64,000 bases of DNA, taken from positions 256,001-320,000 of the forward strand of contig CAWEPZ010000011.1 of NCBI GenBank assembly GCA_963811105.1. The letters are read 5' to 3'. The translations under genes were made by a program, and so were the position numbers. Positions 40,537 through 51,415 of this stretch are shown here, one piece after another; position 1 is the first letter of the stretch; every line of letters begins with the position of its first letter. The notes below the pieces were generated by a model that was not told the DNA's origin, did not search any database, and saw only the letters and a program-made list of their open reading frames with translations. This stretch comes from Candidatus Bathyarchaeota archaeon. GTDB taxonomy: Archaea > Thermoproteota > Bathyarchaeia > Bathyarchaeales > Bathycorpusculaceae.

Positions 40537-40734
40537 AATGCGAAGATGGACCTTCTTGAAAACAAGAAAGAAAATGGATTCATCGATGGAAATTATCAGC
40601 CACGGGTTTTCCTGCGCCGTAGAATTAGCTAGAGAACTAGCACTGCGGGTTTTACACGTTGAGAACAACCCTTCATCGCGGGAGATTCCAAAGTTAATAG
40701 CAACGATAATAGGCAAGCAAATTGAGTTGGAAAA

Positions 40735-41709
40735 ATGAGCATAACCCAAATAGGCATAACCAAAGAACCAGCAAAAACCCATAATCGCTTAGTTGACAAG
40801 TGTCCTGAATGTTCAAGCAATAATCTCGTTCACGACTACGACACAGGCGAATCCATCTGCGGAGACTGCGGCCTTGTCTTATACGAGCAAATGCTAGACA
40901 AAGGCCCAGAATGGCGCGCTTTCACCCAAGAAGAGCACACATCAAAAAGCCGCGTCGGCATGCCAACATCCTACTCAATTCACGACAAAGGATTATCCAC
41001 AACCATCAGCCAAGTCGACAGAGACGCCTTCGGAAGAAAACTACCCCTATCCACAAGACTACAAATGTGGCGCCTAAGAAAATGGCAAATACGAAGCCGA
41101 GTACACTCATCCAGCGACCGAAACCTCGCACAAGCCATGGCAGAACTTGAACGCTTATCCAGCAAAGTAAACATTTCCCCACCAATAAAAGAAAAAGCCG
41201 CAGTAATATACCGCAAAGCATTAGACAAAGCCCTAGTCCGCGGAAGATCAATCAACTCCATCGCCGCCGCAGCACTATACGCTGCTTGCCGCAAAAGCGG
41301 ATCACCCAGAAGCCTTCGCGAAATCGCCAACGCAAGCCTAGTAGATAAAAAAGACGTTGCAAGATGCTATCGAATGCTGCTGCAAGAACTCAATTTTCAA
41401 ATGCCAATCTCTGACCCGCTAACGTATGTTTCAAAAATTGCAGAAAAAACAGCAACTTCAGGCAAAACACAGGGCGCTGCAATCGCAATACTAAGAGAGA
41501 CAAAACGTAAACGAGTTGGAGCAGGAAAAGACCCAATGGGCATGGCAGCAGCCGCACTCTACATAGCTTGTCTACAGAACAACGAAAAAATAACACAAAG
41601 AGACCTCGCAGACGCAGCCGGAGTCACAGAAGTCACAGTAAGAAACAGATACAAAGCACTAAAGAAACAGTTAAACCTTGAAATATCCGAGCAAAAAGTT
41701 TGTTTTTAG
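40735..41709 (+). CDS. tfb: Transcription initiation factor IIB
   Basis: CPEC...CGDCG zinc ribbon, GPEWRAF, two cyclin repeats, GKDPMG, TQRDLADAAGVTEVTVRNRYK. Confidence 0.95.
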   Translation: MSITQIGITKEPAKTHNRLVDKCPECSSNNLVHDYDTGESICGDCGLVLYEQMLDKGPEWRAFTQEEHTSKSRVGMPTSYSIHDKGLSTTISQVDRDAFGRKLPLSTRLQMWRLRKWQIRSRVHSSSDRNLAQAMAELERLSSKVNISPPIKEKAAVIYRKALDKALVRGRSINSIAAAALYAACRKSGSPRSLREIANASLVDKKDVARCYRMLLQELNFQMPISDPLTYVSKIAEKTATSGKTQGAAIAILRETKRKRVGAGKDPMGMAAAALYIACLQNNEKITQRDLADAAGVTEVTVRNRYKALKKQLNLEISEQKVCF

Positions 41710-43169
41710 TTTCATTTTTCTATGTTTCTTCAGGCTTTTCAGTAGAAACAGCTCTTAAGTATTCGCCCCTCTGTGGCGTTGGGACAAAAGTCTTCTGGTC
41801 TAATTCTTCAGAAACTGATGAATTAAGCGGTATGTGACATGGGAGATATACCTTTTGAAATCTAGAATCGTGCGATAAAGCACTATGAAAAGATTATAGC
41901 TAGCATAGTGCAAAGCGTTCTCCATGAAACTCATGGCTAGAAGCCGCAGTCGCGGCAGCGATTGTCACGATTGCTTTGTGGAAGAAAAATAAGAGCTAAT
42001 TACTTTTATTTTGTAAATTTCTTTTTTATGAATGCCCTTAGAACCTTATTCTATAGAGTAACTATACCAAACTAAAGAATTCATGAAAAACTTTCCCCTC
42101 AAAATAGAAGGCCCCAAACGCTGCTTTCTTCTTCATATTGCTTAACTGAAATTTCTTAATATAGAATGGGGGAATAGGAACCCCAACACTTAGAGCAAGG
42201 GCAAGCCGCCATTTTCATGATGAACATTATATGCGGTTTGCAATAAACGATTTACTCGGCAAAGCTCAGGATAGATTTTTTTGTATTCTTCCGATGAATA
42301 GTAAGCTATTTCACTCGGGTAAGCTTTTGCTTGACGAGTTATGTATCTTAATGCTTCGTTTATGTTTTTGAATTCCATGATTTTCATCTCATTAATCCAA
42401 GGATGCGAACTTTCTTCTCGTGTTACACTTTGATTTTGAGTTCTGTTCTGATGTTGTATACTACAACTGCGATTGAAGCAAAGATTACAGCTATTGAAGC
42501 CAAATCCAATATTCCAAACATATTTTCACCATTTTAATTATTACTTAGTTAATTGCCCAGTTAAATATAAATGCAGTTGTGAATTGTTCATAATTTTTCA
42601 TATAACATTGACACGCGTCTAAAAAGACAGAAAATTTTTCATGAATTAGCATTTAAGCAATTTTCAGAGATACAACTGAGAACTATTTTGAACATATCCA
42701 CGTTAGAAGAAAAAACTGTTTAGGGTTTATTTTCACGGTATTATTTTTAGCTTAGAAAAATAGCGAGCAAAAGAGGGATGTATTCCCTCTTAGCTGGGAG
42801 GAAAACATCCTCCGTTTTTAGTTAGGAGCTCTCCTTTCTCCTCAAAAAAACAAGTCACTTCAACGCATAAAAGGCATATTTCGATTTCAAGAATATATTT
42901 ATAGACTTCGCTCAAAGGTAAGTTGACAACAAGGACTCAATGTTAAACTGTTCACTACGATTGGTCTAAAAACCAAAAATGCTTCCCCTCCTCTTGTAAA
43001 TGATATTCTTCTTAAGCTTAGCTTCCCAATAGTTTTAGTTATGCCCTATGATTTTTCTTTTGACATTTCCAAGGCTTCGTAACGCTTTTTTCATAGAACT
43101 CGCCAGTATTGCCAACCAAATGGGCATGCAAAAGGTTTTTTCAAAAACCTTGAAGGTACTAATCAAGGA

Positions 43170-43604
43170 ATAGAAAAAAACAAACCCCAACAATCCCAAA
43201 AGACCGCGTAAAAGTAAAAGTTATAGCCGGCAAAGTGGATCAAACAGAGGGGCGCGTTAGAGACATAGCAATTGATATATAGTATTTTGACATCGAGTTA
43301 GCGGCTGGCAAAGCATTCGATCACTGTACACCAAAGACTCACACAATGTTTGCTTATGCCATTTAAGGGATCAATACAAACTGGAGGCAAAACCATTATG
43401 TATTGTCGGTGAGCAGTTTTTGGCGAAGGTGATTCTCTTAAGATAGATTCGGCAAAAGGCAGGCGTTTCCTATTTGTGTCTGGTGAATCGTTGAAAGAGC
43501 CCGTGGCTTGGAGAGGACCAATTGTAATGAATACTCAATAAGAACTAAACTTAGCTTTTGAAGAGCTTGACATGGGTACATTTATTAAAGCAGTAATAGT
43601 TTGA
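43170..43604 (+). pseudogene. Pirin-family gene remnant (C-terminal half, several stops and frameshifts)
   Basis: VKVIAGKV..., FGEGDSL, RFLFVSGESLKEPVAWRGPIVMNTQ*EL..AFEEL..GTFIK. Confidence 0.8.
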
Positions 43605-43625
43605 AAAAAATGAGGTGAAAGATTA

Positions 43626-43955
43626 ATGAGCAAAGCCAAAAGAAACGAATCAAAAACCCCAAGAAAAAGCATTTTTGACGAAAGGATAAAGAACAATGAC
43701 AAAGCAGTTGTCCTATTTTACGCGACCTGGTGCCCATTTTCCCAGAGGTTCTTGCCTATCTTTGAAGAATACTCTAAAAAAAATCCGAAAGAATGCCTTC
43801 GCGTTATTGTGGATGAAGAACCCGATGTCTGCGAAGAATACAACATAGAATATTATCCAACGGTGATAATGTTCAAAAAAGGAAAGGTGCACAAGCGCTT
43901 AGACTCCAAACCAGGGATCGGCTTAAACGAAAAACAATTAAAGGATCTTTACTGA
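43626..43955 (+). CDS. Thioredoxin-fold protein with a monothiol WCPFS motif
   Basis: VVLFYATWCPFS...YNIEYYPTVIMFKKG. Confidence 0.8.
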   Translation: MSKAKRNESKTPRKSIFDERIKNNDKAVVLFYATWCPFSQRFLPIFEEYSKKNPKECLRVIVDEEPDVCEEYNIEYYPTVIMFKKGKVHKRLDSKPGIGLNEKQLKDLY

Positions 43956-44029
43956 AAAACGGTGAGACCCCGAAGTCTTGATAAATCCAGAGGAATGGAC
44001 AGAAAATAACCAAGATAGGACGCCTGAAC

Positions 44030-44833
44030 ATGACAAGAAATACCGAAATTATGCCCGTTATATTCGTTGGACACGGTTCACCAATGAACATAATTTTGAA
44101 CAATGACTACACTAATAGTTTGAAACAAGCAGCCAAAGAAATCCCTAAACCCCGTGCAATACTAGTAATCTCCGCTCACTGGCTCACAGACGGAACATAT
44201 GTCACATGCGTCAGCAAACCTAAAACTATCTATGATTTCTATGGTTTCCCAGACGAACTATACCAAATTTCCTACCCCAGTCCAGGCTCACCTAAAGATG
44301 CAGAATTAACAATTAATGTTGTTAAGTCAACCGAAGTAAAATGTGGCGATTGGGGATTAGACCATGCCGCTTGGGCTGTCCTAAAACACATGTTTCCAAA
44401 TGCAGACATTCCAGTTTTTGAGATGAGTCTAGATTATTCTCCCTACAACAATTGGAACCCAAAACCTATAGAACATCATTATCGATTAGCCTCAGAGCTT
44501 GCCCCTCTTAGAGAAAGAGGAGTACTTATTATCGGCAGCGGCAACATCGTTCACAATTTAAGCCTAATTGATTTTGATATAGATGCCCAACCTTTTGAGT
44601 GGGCTGTTCAATTTGACGAAAAAGTTAAACAATGCCTAGTTTCAAGGGATCATAAAAGCCTCATAAATTATTCTACCATTGGCAAAGAAGCAGTCTATGC
44701 AGTGCCAACCCAAGATCATTACCTGCCCATGATTTACGCAATTGGGCTTCAGAAAAAAGAGGATAGACTGAAATTTATTCATGAGGGATTTCAGTTCGGA
44801 TCAGTTTCAATGAGGGCCTTTCAAATCGGATAG
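44030..44833 (+). CDS. ygiD: 4,5-DOPA extradiol dioxygenase family (LigB-like, YgiD)
   Basis: FVGHGSPMN, ISAHW, TIYDFYGFP, WGLDH, GSGNIVHNL, PTQDHYLP. Confidence 0.88.
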   Translation: MTRNTEIMPVIFVGHGSPMNIILNNDYTNSLKQAAKEIPKPRAILVISAHWLTDGTYVTCVSKPKTIYDFYGFPDELYQISYPSPGSPKDAELTINVVKSTEVKCGDWGLDHAAWAVLKHMFPNADIPVFEMSLDYSPYNNWNPKPIEHHYRLASELAPLRERGVLIIGSGNIVHNLSLIDFDIDAQPFEWAVQFDEKVKQCLVSRDHKSLINYSTIGKEAVYAVPTQDHYLPMIYAIGLQKKEDRLKFIHEGFQFGSVSMRAFQIG

Positions 44834-45006
44834 CAAACAACTAACCAAGTTAATAGAAAAAATGAATTATGTCAAAAAAAAAGAACGAATAACTATAAAA
44901 GGGCGACTAAAACGAAACTTGATGGTGAAATACGAAAAAGCAATTTTATGGTTCTTAATAATAGAATATAGTACCCAAATCCCAAAAAACCATCACAATG
45001 CAGAAA

Positions 45007-46233
45007 TTAGGTTGCCTTTTCTTCAGGCATTTTGATTTTTCTGAAATAGACCCAGAAGAGCCCTATAGATGTAGCATAGAGAAGGCTTGCCAAAAAGAAG
45101 GGAAGAGATAGCAACCCCATTGACATTAGGAAGGCGCCGATAAATGTGCTCAGTGCACTCGGGAGTCGCCAAAGGCCAGCGTTAACCCCTGAAGCCATTC
45201 CACGTTCATCCTCATCGACTAACCCCATAATCAGAGATTGAGACAATGGACTTGCCATGTTCATTAGAAAAGCTCGTACGCAATAAACCGAACTCGCAAT
45301 AATGTAGCTGGCAAATAGAGGAGTTGCGAACATGAAGATAGTAGATGCGGCTTGAGTGACAACAATAGCCTTCACTAGACCAAACTTCTTCGCAATCGGG
45401 GGACCAGTGAGAGTTGCAACTCCAATAGCAATGCTTACCAAGCCTAGTATGGGACCACTGACAACGTCGGGAATGCCATATTGTAGCCTCAGCCAAGCGG
45501 TCATTAGAGGTACCACCATGCCTGCACCAAACGCGATTATTGCGCTGGTTAGGACGTATTTTGCCAATATGCTTCTTGACCGTTTATGAGAAGCTCTCGC
45601 TTCCTCATCGATTTCTAATTTCTTTTGTTTTTTGCTTCTGTCAGATTCCTTGACCTTTAGCAAGATAACTGTTGAAGCAAGACTAAAAGCAGCTAACATC
45701 ACGTAAAGCAAGCCATGGCTTACTTTATTAGTAAAGCCTAATAATTGAAAAATCACTATGGCAGGAATTGCTAAACTTCCAATGCCATAGGCCATACTAC
45801 TTGCAAATCCGTAAAGTGAAAAAACGCTGTTTCTTTTCTCATGGACCGCATGCTCGGCAAGCAATGCACCGCTGGATGCAGAGAATGCTGACTCAGAAAT
45901 GCCCTCGAAAACTGCAGCAACTATCAGTGCTACTGGATTTGTGGTGAAGGCGAAAACGGTGATTATTATACCTGCCATTACATTGCCTAAAATGAGCGTT
46001 TTCTTTCTGCCGTACTTATCAGCGGCCACTCCTAAGGGTATGCTTGATGCGAAAGTTGATATGCCCATCGTGGTTATAACGATCCCCATGAAACTGTAAG
46101 ATAATCCTTGAACAGAGGTTAGGAAATAAGATATGTCCGTGTAGAACATCCCATATGCAATTGACGGCAAAATAGCTTGGATAATCAAGAGTTTTGCCTC
46201 CTTAGGCAAGCCTTGGTAACTGCTGAACATCAT
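45007..46233 (-). CDS. MFS transporter
   Basis: G..ADKYGRK motif A, about 12 TM helices. Confidence 0.88.
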   Translation of the reverse strand: MMFSSYQGLPKEAKLLIIQAILPSIAYGMFYTDISYFLTSVQGLSYSFMGIVITTMGISTFASSIPLGVAADKYGRKKTLILGNVMAGIIITVFAFTTNPVALIVAAVFEGISESAFSASSGALLAEHAVHEKRNSVFSLYGFASSMAYGIGSLAIPAIVIFQLLGFTNKVSHGLLYVMLAAFSLASTVILLKVKESDRSKKQKKLEIDEEARASHKRSRSILAKYVLTSAIIAFGAGMVVPLMTAWLRLQYGIPDVVSGPILGLVSIAIGVATLTGPPIAKKFGLVKAIVVTQAASTIFMFATPLFASYIIASSVYCVRAFLMNMASPLSQSLIMGLVDEDERGMASGVNAGLWRLPSALSTFIGAFLMSMGLLSLPFFLASLLYATSIGLFWVYFRKIKMPEEKAT

Positions 46234-46398
46234 ATTTCACCGGAATGATCTTTCTTAGTTAGTTTCCATTTTTCCGCTCGATTCTTAATTTTAATCAATA
46301 GCGAAGTTCGAAGATTAATCAGTTCTATTTTCTTACTTAATATTTTTAAGAATAGCGATTGAACTCAAACACCTGAATGATTTGACTTAAAAAAAACT

Positions 46399-48261
46399 AT
46401 ATGTCCATAAATAACATACAAACTGAAAACAAAGAGCTCTTCTCAATTTTTTATGCCCAACTGTAGTCTTAGCTATTGATGAAGACAGCCAAAGACTACA
46501 GCGGGGCAAAATCACTATACTTCAAACCAGAATTAAAGCTGTGCCCAAACTGCAACAAGCCACTCAAAAGAAGCCACATTGCATGGAGCAAACACATCAT
46601 CACCCTCAACGGCACCTTCCACGTAACCAGCATAGCCTACAAATGCAGCAACACCCTATGCCCACAACCTCAAGCTGCCTACCACTCCAAAGAAGCAGAA
46701 ATGCTTAGCATCAAACACTACCAATTCAGCATAGACGTAATCGCCAAGATAGGACACCTAAGATACAAAGAACACCAAACAATCCGCCAGATCAAGCACA
46801 CACTCAAGAAAAACTTCAAACTAACTATCAGCCGATCAGAAGTAGACCTGCTTCACCAAGCACACTTAGCGCTCACAACTGCAAATAGACAACAAGACAC
46901 CACATTCCTTGATAAAATCAAAGCCAACGGCGGAATCATCTTATCCTTAGACGGCGTCCAACCTGAGAAAGGCAATGAAACCCTCTGGATACTCAAAGAC
47001 ACCAAAACAGGCGAAACGCTCATAGCAAGAAACTTGGCATCAGCCGACCAACACAGCATAGCCCAGCTCATAAAAGAAATCAAAGCCCTAAACATCCCAG
47101 TGAATGGAGTGATAAGCGATGGGCAAAGAAGCATCCGACTCGCCATCGCTCAGGAGCTCCCAGATGTTCCTCACCAGCTGTGCCACTTCCATTTCTTGCG
47201 CAACATAGCCAGACCTATCTCAGGGATGGACCGGGCGTTGAAAGTGGACTTGAAAAAGAAAGTCAGACACATAAAGCCAATTGAGAGAAAAGCCGCTCTT
47301 GAAGGCAGCCGCAAATCAAACGTAATTCTTCAATATTGCCAAACCATCAGGTACGCGCTACAAGAAGACGGTGACTATCCACTCAAGCCAGGAGGCTTGA
47401 AACTTTATCGCAGACTCAGAAAGATTAGACAGTCAATACAGCGAAGCGATAAGGTTTGGCCAAACAGTGATCTCGAGAAGCTTTTTAATGTGCTGAGCAT
47501 TCTGGAAGCGGTGAAAACGCAGTATCGATGCACAAATCGCCTGTACAAGCTCGTCTTCAGAGCCAACAGGATCCTTAGTCAGGATGAAACAGCTGATAAA
47601 GTTGAAGCAGATATGCTTGCGTATTTTGATGAGTTAATAGATCTATTTGCGCGTTCTAAGATGAGAGTTGAAAGAGCAGCATTCGAGAACATACTAAGGT
47701 ATGCGGCAGGTTACTGGGCAGGTTTGTTTCATTATTATGACCGCAGAGATATTCCGAGGACAAACAACGAGTTAGAAGTGTACATTCGTTCTTTGAAGAC
47801 ATCTTATCGTAAGACAACTGGAAGATCAAGCTGCCAAGATTACATCATACGTTATGGTGCATATGTGTGCTTGTTAGATTCATTGGTTTCTCAGGAGCAT
47901 ATACTGTTTGGTCTGCGGCGTGTGAGTTATAGATTGTTTCGTAGATGCTTTGCTGAGATCAGGAGCTTTAGAGGTAGGCTTAGCTTTAAGCGTGCTTTGT
48001 CGGAAGACTTGAACGGTTTCCTTTGTGAGCTTGAGCTTGATTGGGCTAAGATTATTGTTTGACCCTGCGAAGAGAAATCTGTAAATATTGTATGTTACTG
48101 GTAAAGCCCTTTCATGCTCTTGACGTTTTTTTCTGAAGATAGTTTTGACAGTTTGTTCAAAAAGCTTGAAGGATTTTCTTTGCGTAAATTCAATAGGAAA
48201 GTAGTTTTTCTAAAACCTAATCTTTCAGAGCCAGGACAATGTATGCTGGTTATGGACATAT
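46399..48261 (+). mobile_element. Insertion sequence with imperfect terminal inverted repeats
   Basis: Left ATATGTCCATAAATAACATACA (46399-46420) vs reverse complement of 48240-48261 ATATGTCCATAACCAGCATACA (19/22); the outer TA or ATAT may be the target duplication. Confidence 0.85.
46476..48062 (+). CDS. DDE transposase (MULE/IS256-like fold with N-terminal Zn finger; family uncertain)
   Basis: CPNC...C...C, LSLDGVQP, VISDG, HQLCHFH (CxxH), RTNNELE. Confidence 0.85.
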   Translation: MMKTAKDYSGAKSLYFKPELKLCPNCNKPLKRSHIAWSKHIITLNGTFHVTSIAYKCSNTLCPQPQAAYHSKEAEMLSIKHYQFSIDVIAKIGHLRYKEHQTIRQIKHTLKKNFKLTISRSEVDLLHQAHLALTTANRQQDTTFLDKIKANGGIILSLDGVQPEKGNETLWILKDTKTGETLIARNLASADQHSIAQLIKEIKALNIPVNGVISDGQRSIRLAIAQELPDVPHQLCHFHFLRNIARPISGMDRALKVDLKKKVRHIKPIERKAALEGSRKSNVILQYCQTIRYALQEDGDYPLKPGGLKLYRRLRKIRQSIQRSDKVWPNSDLEKLFNVLSILEAVKTQYRCTNRLYKLVFRANRILSQDETADKVEADMLAYFDELIDLFARSKMRVERAAFENILRYAAGYWAGLFHYYDRRDIPRTNNELEVYIRSLKTSYRKTTGRSSCQDYIIRYGAYVCLLDSLVSQEHILFGLRRVSYRLFRRCFAEIRSFRGRLSFKRALSEDLNGFLCELELDWAKIIV

Positions 48262-48385
48262 GGAAAAAAAAGAGTTTAGGAATGAACTCTTACTTTGGTG
48301 GAATATGAACTAAGCATTGAACTTAGTTGCGATCGGTAAACTGTGGTTTCAATCTTATTCGTGCGTTTAGTCGAGGTCGACTTTT

Positions 48386-49753
48386 TTAGTACAGTAAGTC
48401 AAACCTTCTTCCTACATAGAGAATTTGAACGTTAAGATTTCTTGAGTATCGTTTCTTCAAAGTTGTAACCAAAATTGCCAAGGTCAAAAGAATAGCCAGG
48501 CTAATTACTAAAACGATAATGGCGTTCAGGGTGCTCTTTTTACCTTGAGCAGGCGAGCTTTCCATTTCAATCGCCCGATAGATTCCCCAGTTTTCAGGAA
48601 AAGTGTAAGTTCTCACTATTTGCCCTTTCGGATTGACTTCAATCAAAACTGCCCCATCGCTATGGGTTAGGTTATTCCAGAAAATTGCGTGGGTCTGAGA
48701 CCCAAATGTTCCGAGCCGATCGCCGTTAGGCAGGCGGTCTACTTCGCCCCAGTACGGCGTCCAAAACTCTTTCGGTGCAGTCCAACTCCAACTTACAAAC
48801 GCTGTTTTGCTTGTTTCATTAACTGTAAGCTCAATTAATCTACTGCTTGTGTTTAGAGGATTAGTCTGGTTGTGGAAATCGTTATCAAACATTTCAAAAA
48901 CGTCTGGTTCAACCTCCTTGAGCGCGTGACTGTGATACCACAAGCTATTCACTGCTTGACCTTGTGGGTTTAAAAGTGTGAAATCTCCATGTTCGCCGCA
49001 GCTCCAAATTAGTTCTCCGCTCGTTTTGTTGATTTTGCAGAAAGTGTTCAAGTCGCGAATGTTCAGATAGATTACATTCTGTTTGTAGTTCCACTGGAGA
49101 CTGTTGGTATGTGTTAAGTCTGGAAGCCAATGTCCATTGTAAAACCATGTATCATTGAATGGACAAGCCATGTCAGCATCAAAATGGGGATAGGTGTCCC
49201 AACTCCACATAATCAATCCGCTAGCGTTGTATTCAACGATTTTATCGAAGAGAACCTTAGTCCCATTTATGTCCCTTTCGTAAGAAACAATTGTGAGGAA
49301 GGTACCTGTGTCCGGATTATATTCAATATCGTGGTGGCCTCCGAAGTCCGGTAAATCTATGGTCTGATTAGTTTTCAAATTCCAAAGATGCGTCCCTATC
49401 CAAGCTCCAGGCTCGCCTTGAAACAAAAGCTCATCCTGCGACACCTTCTTTACTGCCCAATAAGAAGCATCATTAGTCTGCCGAAGATCAATCAATTCAC
49501 CATCAGTTTTCATAACGACCAAGTAGCTGCGGTCTGATGATAGCTTGTTTTCACTAAAATTGTCAAATAAACCAAAAGCCAATGTGCCCTCCCAAGCTGC
49601 ACCATTAGTTTGAATTTGGCAGGGTACTACAAAACCTTTAGACAGAGAAGTTGAACCCGCAAATGCAAAAAAATCAGGATTTACCAAGCAAACTACAAGA
49701 AGCGCAGCAAAAAGAAAGACTTTTGTGCCGAATCCCTTCAATACAGAATCCAA
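48386..49753 (-). CDS. Aryl-sulfate sulfotransferase (ASST) family, membrane-anchored
   Basis: HHDI, W.W, DLTHTNSL, HSH, FDN, RLPNG, YRA; N-terminal signal and C-terminal TM. Confidence 0.8.
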   Translation of the reverse strand: MDSVLKGFGTKVFLFAALLVVCLVNPDFFAFAGSTSLSKGFVVPCQIQTNGAAWEGTLAFGLFDNFSENKLSSDRSYLVVMKTDGELIDLRQTNDASYWAVKKVSQDELLFQGEPGAWIGTHLWNLKTNQTIDLPDFGGHHDIEYNPDTGTFLTIVSYERDINGTKVLFDKIVEYNASGLIMWSWDTYPHFDADMACPFNDTWFYNGHWLPDLTHTNSLQWNYKQNVIYLNIRDLNTFCKINKTSGELIWSCGEHGDFTLLNPQGQAVNSLWYHSHALKEVEPDVFEMFDNDFHNQTNPLNTSSRLIELTVNETSKTAFVSWSWTAPKEFWTPYWGEVDRLPNGDRLGTFGSQTHAIFWNNLTHSDGAVLIEVNPKGQIVRTYTFPENWGIYRAIEMESSPAQGKKSTLNAIIVLVISLAILLTLAILVTTLKKRYSRNLNVQILYVGRRFDLLY

Positions 49754-49807
49754 CTGATACTCAAATTACGCATTTACTTTTGCAGCTATACAGAGTTCAT
49801 TTGCGTT

Positions 49808-50386
49808 TCAAGGATTTACTATCACGGTTCCCCATAATCCTAAAGCAACATGACCGGGAACTTGACAAATGTAAAAGTAGCTACCAGCAGAACCCGCCTT
49901 AAACGTTACTTGACCACTTGATTGCTCATTTATTGGTGGAGTAACTGCCCCCCAAAGTACATTTGCCGATGATGACTTTGTGCTCACTATGGCCCAATTA
50001 TGCTGCATGGCCCCAACATTGTAGACAGTCATTGTATAGGTTTGACCAGTAGTAAGGGTGACAGTGGGTCCTGGATTAGAAGTTAGACTGGTAGAAGTAT
50101 TGCCAAAACCGTATGCCGTCGTTGTGATTTCGCCTTCATACAAAGTAAGGGGGGTACCTAAACCAGCAGGAGGAGATAACGTTGTTTCATAATAATAGAA
50201 TGAACCAAGAATAATCGCCGCAACTATAATCGCTACTAAGGCATATAATAGCCTTCTAGACTTTTTATGTACAATTTCTTTACTTGTTTTTTCCAAGTTT
50301 AACACCTTCTTAATAATTGGCTTGCTTGCGATAAATCGACAGTAAGAGGAGCTTGGATTTAACTTTCTGTTGTTGGCATGACACAA
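49808..50386 (-). CDS. Membrane-anchored cupredoxin (type 1 blue copper protein); true start probably downstream
   Basis: PGPT, MQHNW, YFYICQVPGHVALGLWG. Confidence 0.82.
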   Translation of the reverse strand: MCHANNRKLNPSSSYCRFIASKPIIKKVLNLEKTSKEIVHKKSRRLLYALVAIIVAAIILGSFYYYETTLSPPAGLGTPLTLYEGEITTTAYGFGNTSTSLTSNPGPTVTLTTGQTYTMTVYNVGAMQHNWAIVSTKSSSANVLWGAVTPPINEQSSGQVTFKAGSAGSYFYICQVPGHVALGLWGTVIVNP

Positions 50387-50545
50387 TCACGAATTGAAAT
50401 CTGCTTGCATTTATTGAGCTGCATTTGCAGATAGTTTTAAGGAAAAATGTGTCAAACCATTTTCTAAAGAGTGAAATTCAAACCCTAAATACAGCCGCGA
50501 CTTATCATTCATTAAACTTTAAAAACAATAAAAGATAGTAATCTT

Positions 50546-51409
50546 ATGGCAAAAATTTCAGCTGAAAACAGAACTTCTCATTTCATTACATTACCTTCGC
50601 ATACTTATCCTATTTCGGATTCTGTAGCACTAAGAATACATTCAGATACGAAGCCCCAAAACATGAAAATTGCCAACTTGCAAAAAGGCATTGTTCTTTT
50701 GTACAAAGGTGTTGAGGTCGTTGGAGAAGGAACAGGGTTTGGAGTCCCCATCATAAAGTATTTTGACGAAACAATTTTCTCAAGTTCCTCATTTCTAGAA
50801 GTTCATAAGCATGAAAATAACGTCATTGTTCAAAAAGAGTTTTTAATGGATATAATATCTCGAGACAAATTCAGGAATCTCAAACTTGAAAATGCGAAGG
50901 TACGTAAGAAAATAGATTTTATTTCTTTGCTATATCAGAAGCATAGACATCTCGCCCAAGTCATTCTTTTAACTAAAGGTTTACTTTTCAAGTTTGGAGT
51001 TGAATCAGCTTTTGTTAGAACAGCATCAAAAGGCAAAGTGATTGTCACTTATACCATAGATCGAAACCGAATTCTAGTGAAACTTAGTTTCAATCAACTT
51101 GATCAGAATAATCTCCGAAAAATCTTTGTTTTAAACGAACAAGGAGCACATTTTTTCAGAAAATACTCAGATTCAGAAGGACTAAAGCTAAATGATGAAG
51201 AAATCGGGGCTTGGGCAGGTGTCACGGCAAAATCAGCGAAAATAGCAGACACACAAGACAGAATTGGATTCAGGCTAAAGAATATAGAAGGAACCGTATT
51301 GAGGCGAGGAAGGGAAGCTGTGAAAGGATCGCTAGATTGGATTGGTTTAGATTACGAACTTAACTCCATTGATGAACAGTTTGAGTATGAAATTGAAGTT
51401 TTTGGGTGA
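50546..51409 (+). CDS. Hypothetical protein coupled to the radical SAM gene
   Basis: 287-aa ORF with EGTGFGVP and RRGRE...W.GL motifs; abuts the radical SAM gene in frame. Confidence 0.65.
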   Translation: MAKISAENRTSHFITLPSHTYPISDSVALRIHSDTKPQNMKIANLQKGIVLLYKGVEVVGEGTGFGVPIIKYFDETIFSSSSFLEVHKHENNVIVQKEFLMDIISRDKFRNLKLENAKVRKKIDFISLLYQKHRHLAQVILLTKGLLFKFGVESAFVRTASKGKVIVTYTIDRNRILVKLSFNQLDQNNLRKIFVLNEQGAHFFRKYSDSEGLKLNDEEIGAWAGVTAKSAKIADTQDRIGFRLKNIEGTVLRRGREAVKGSLDWIGLDYELNSIDEQFEYEIEVFG

Positions 51410-51415
51410 CTTAAG

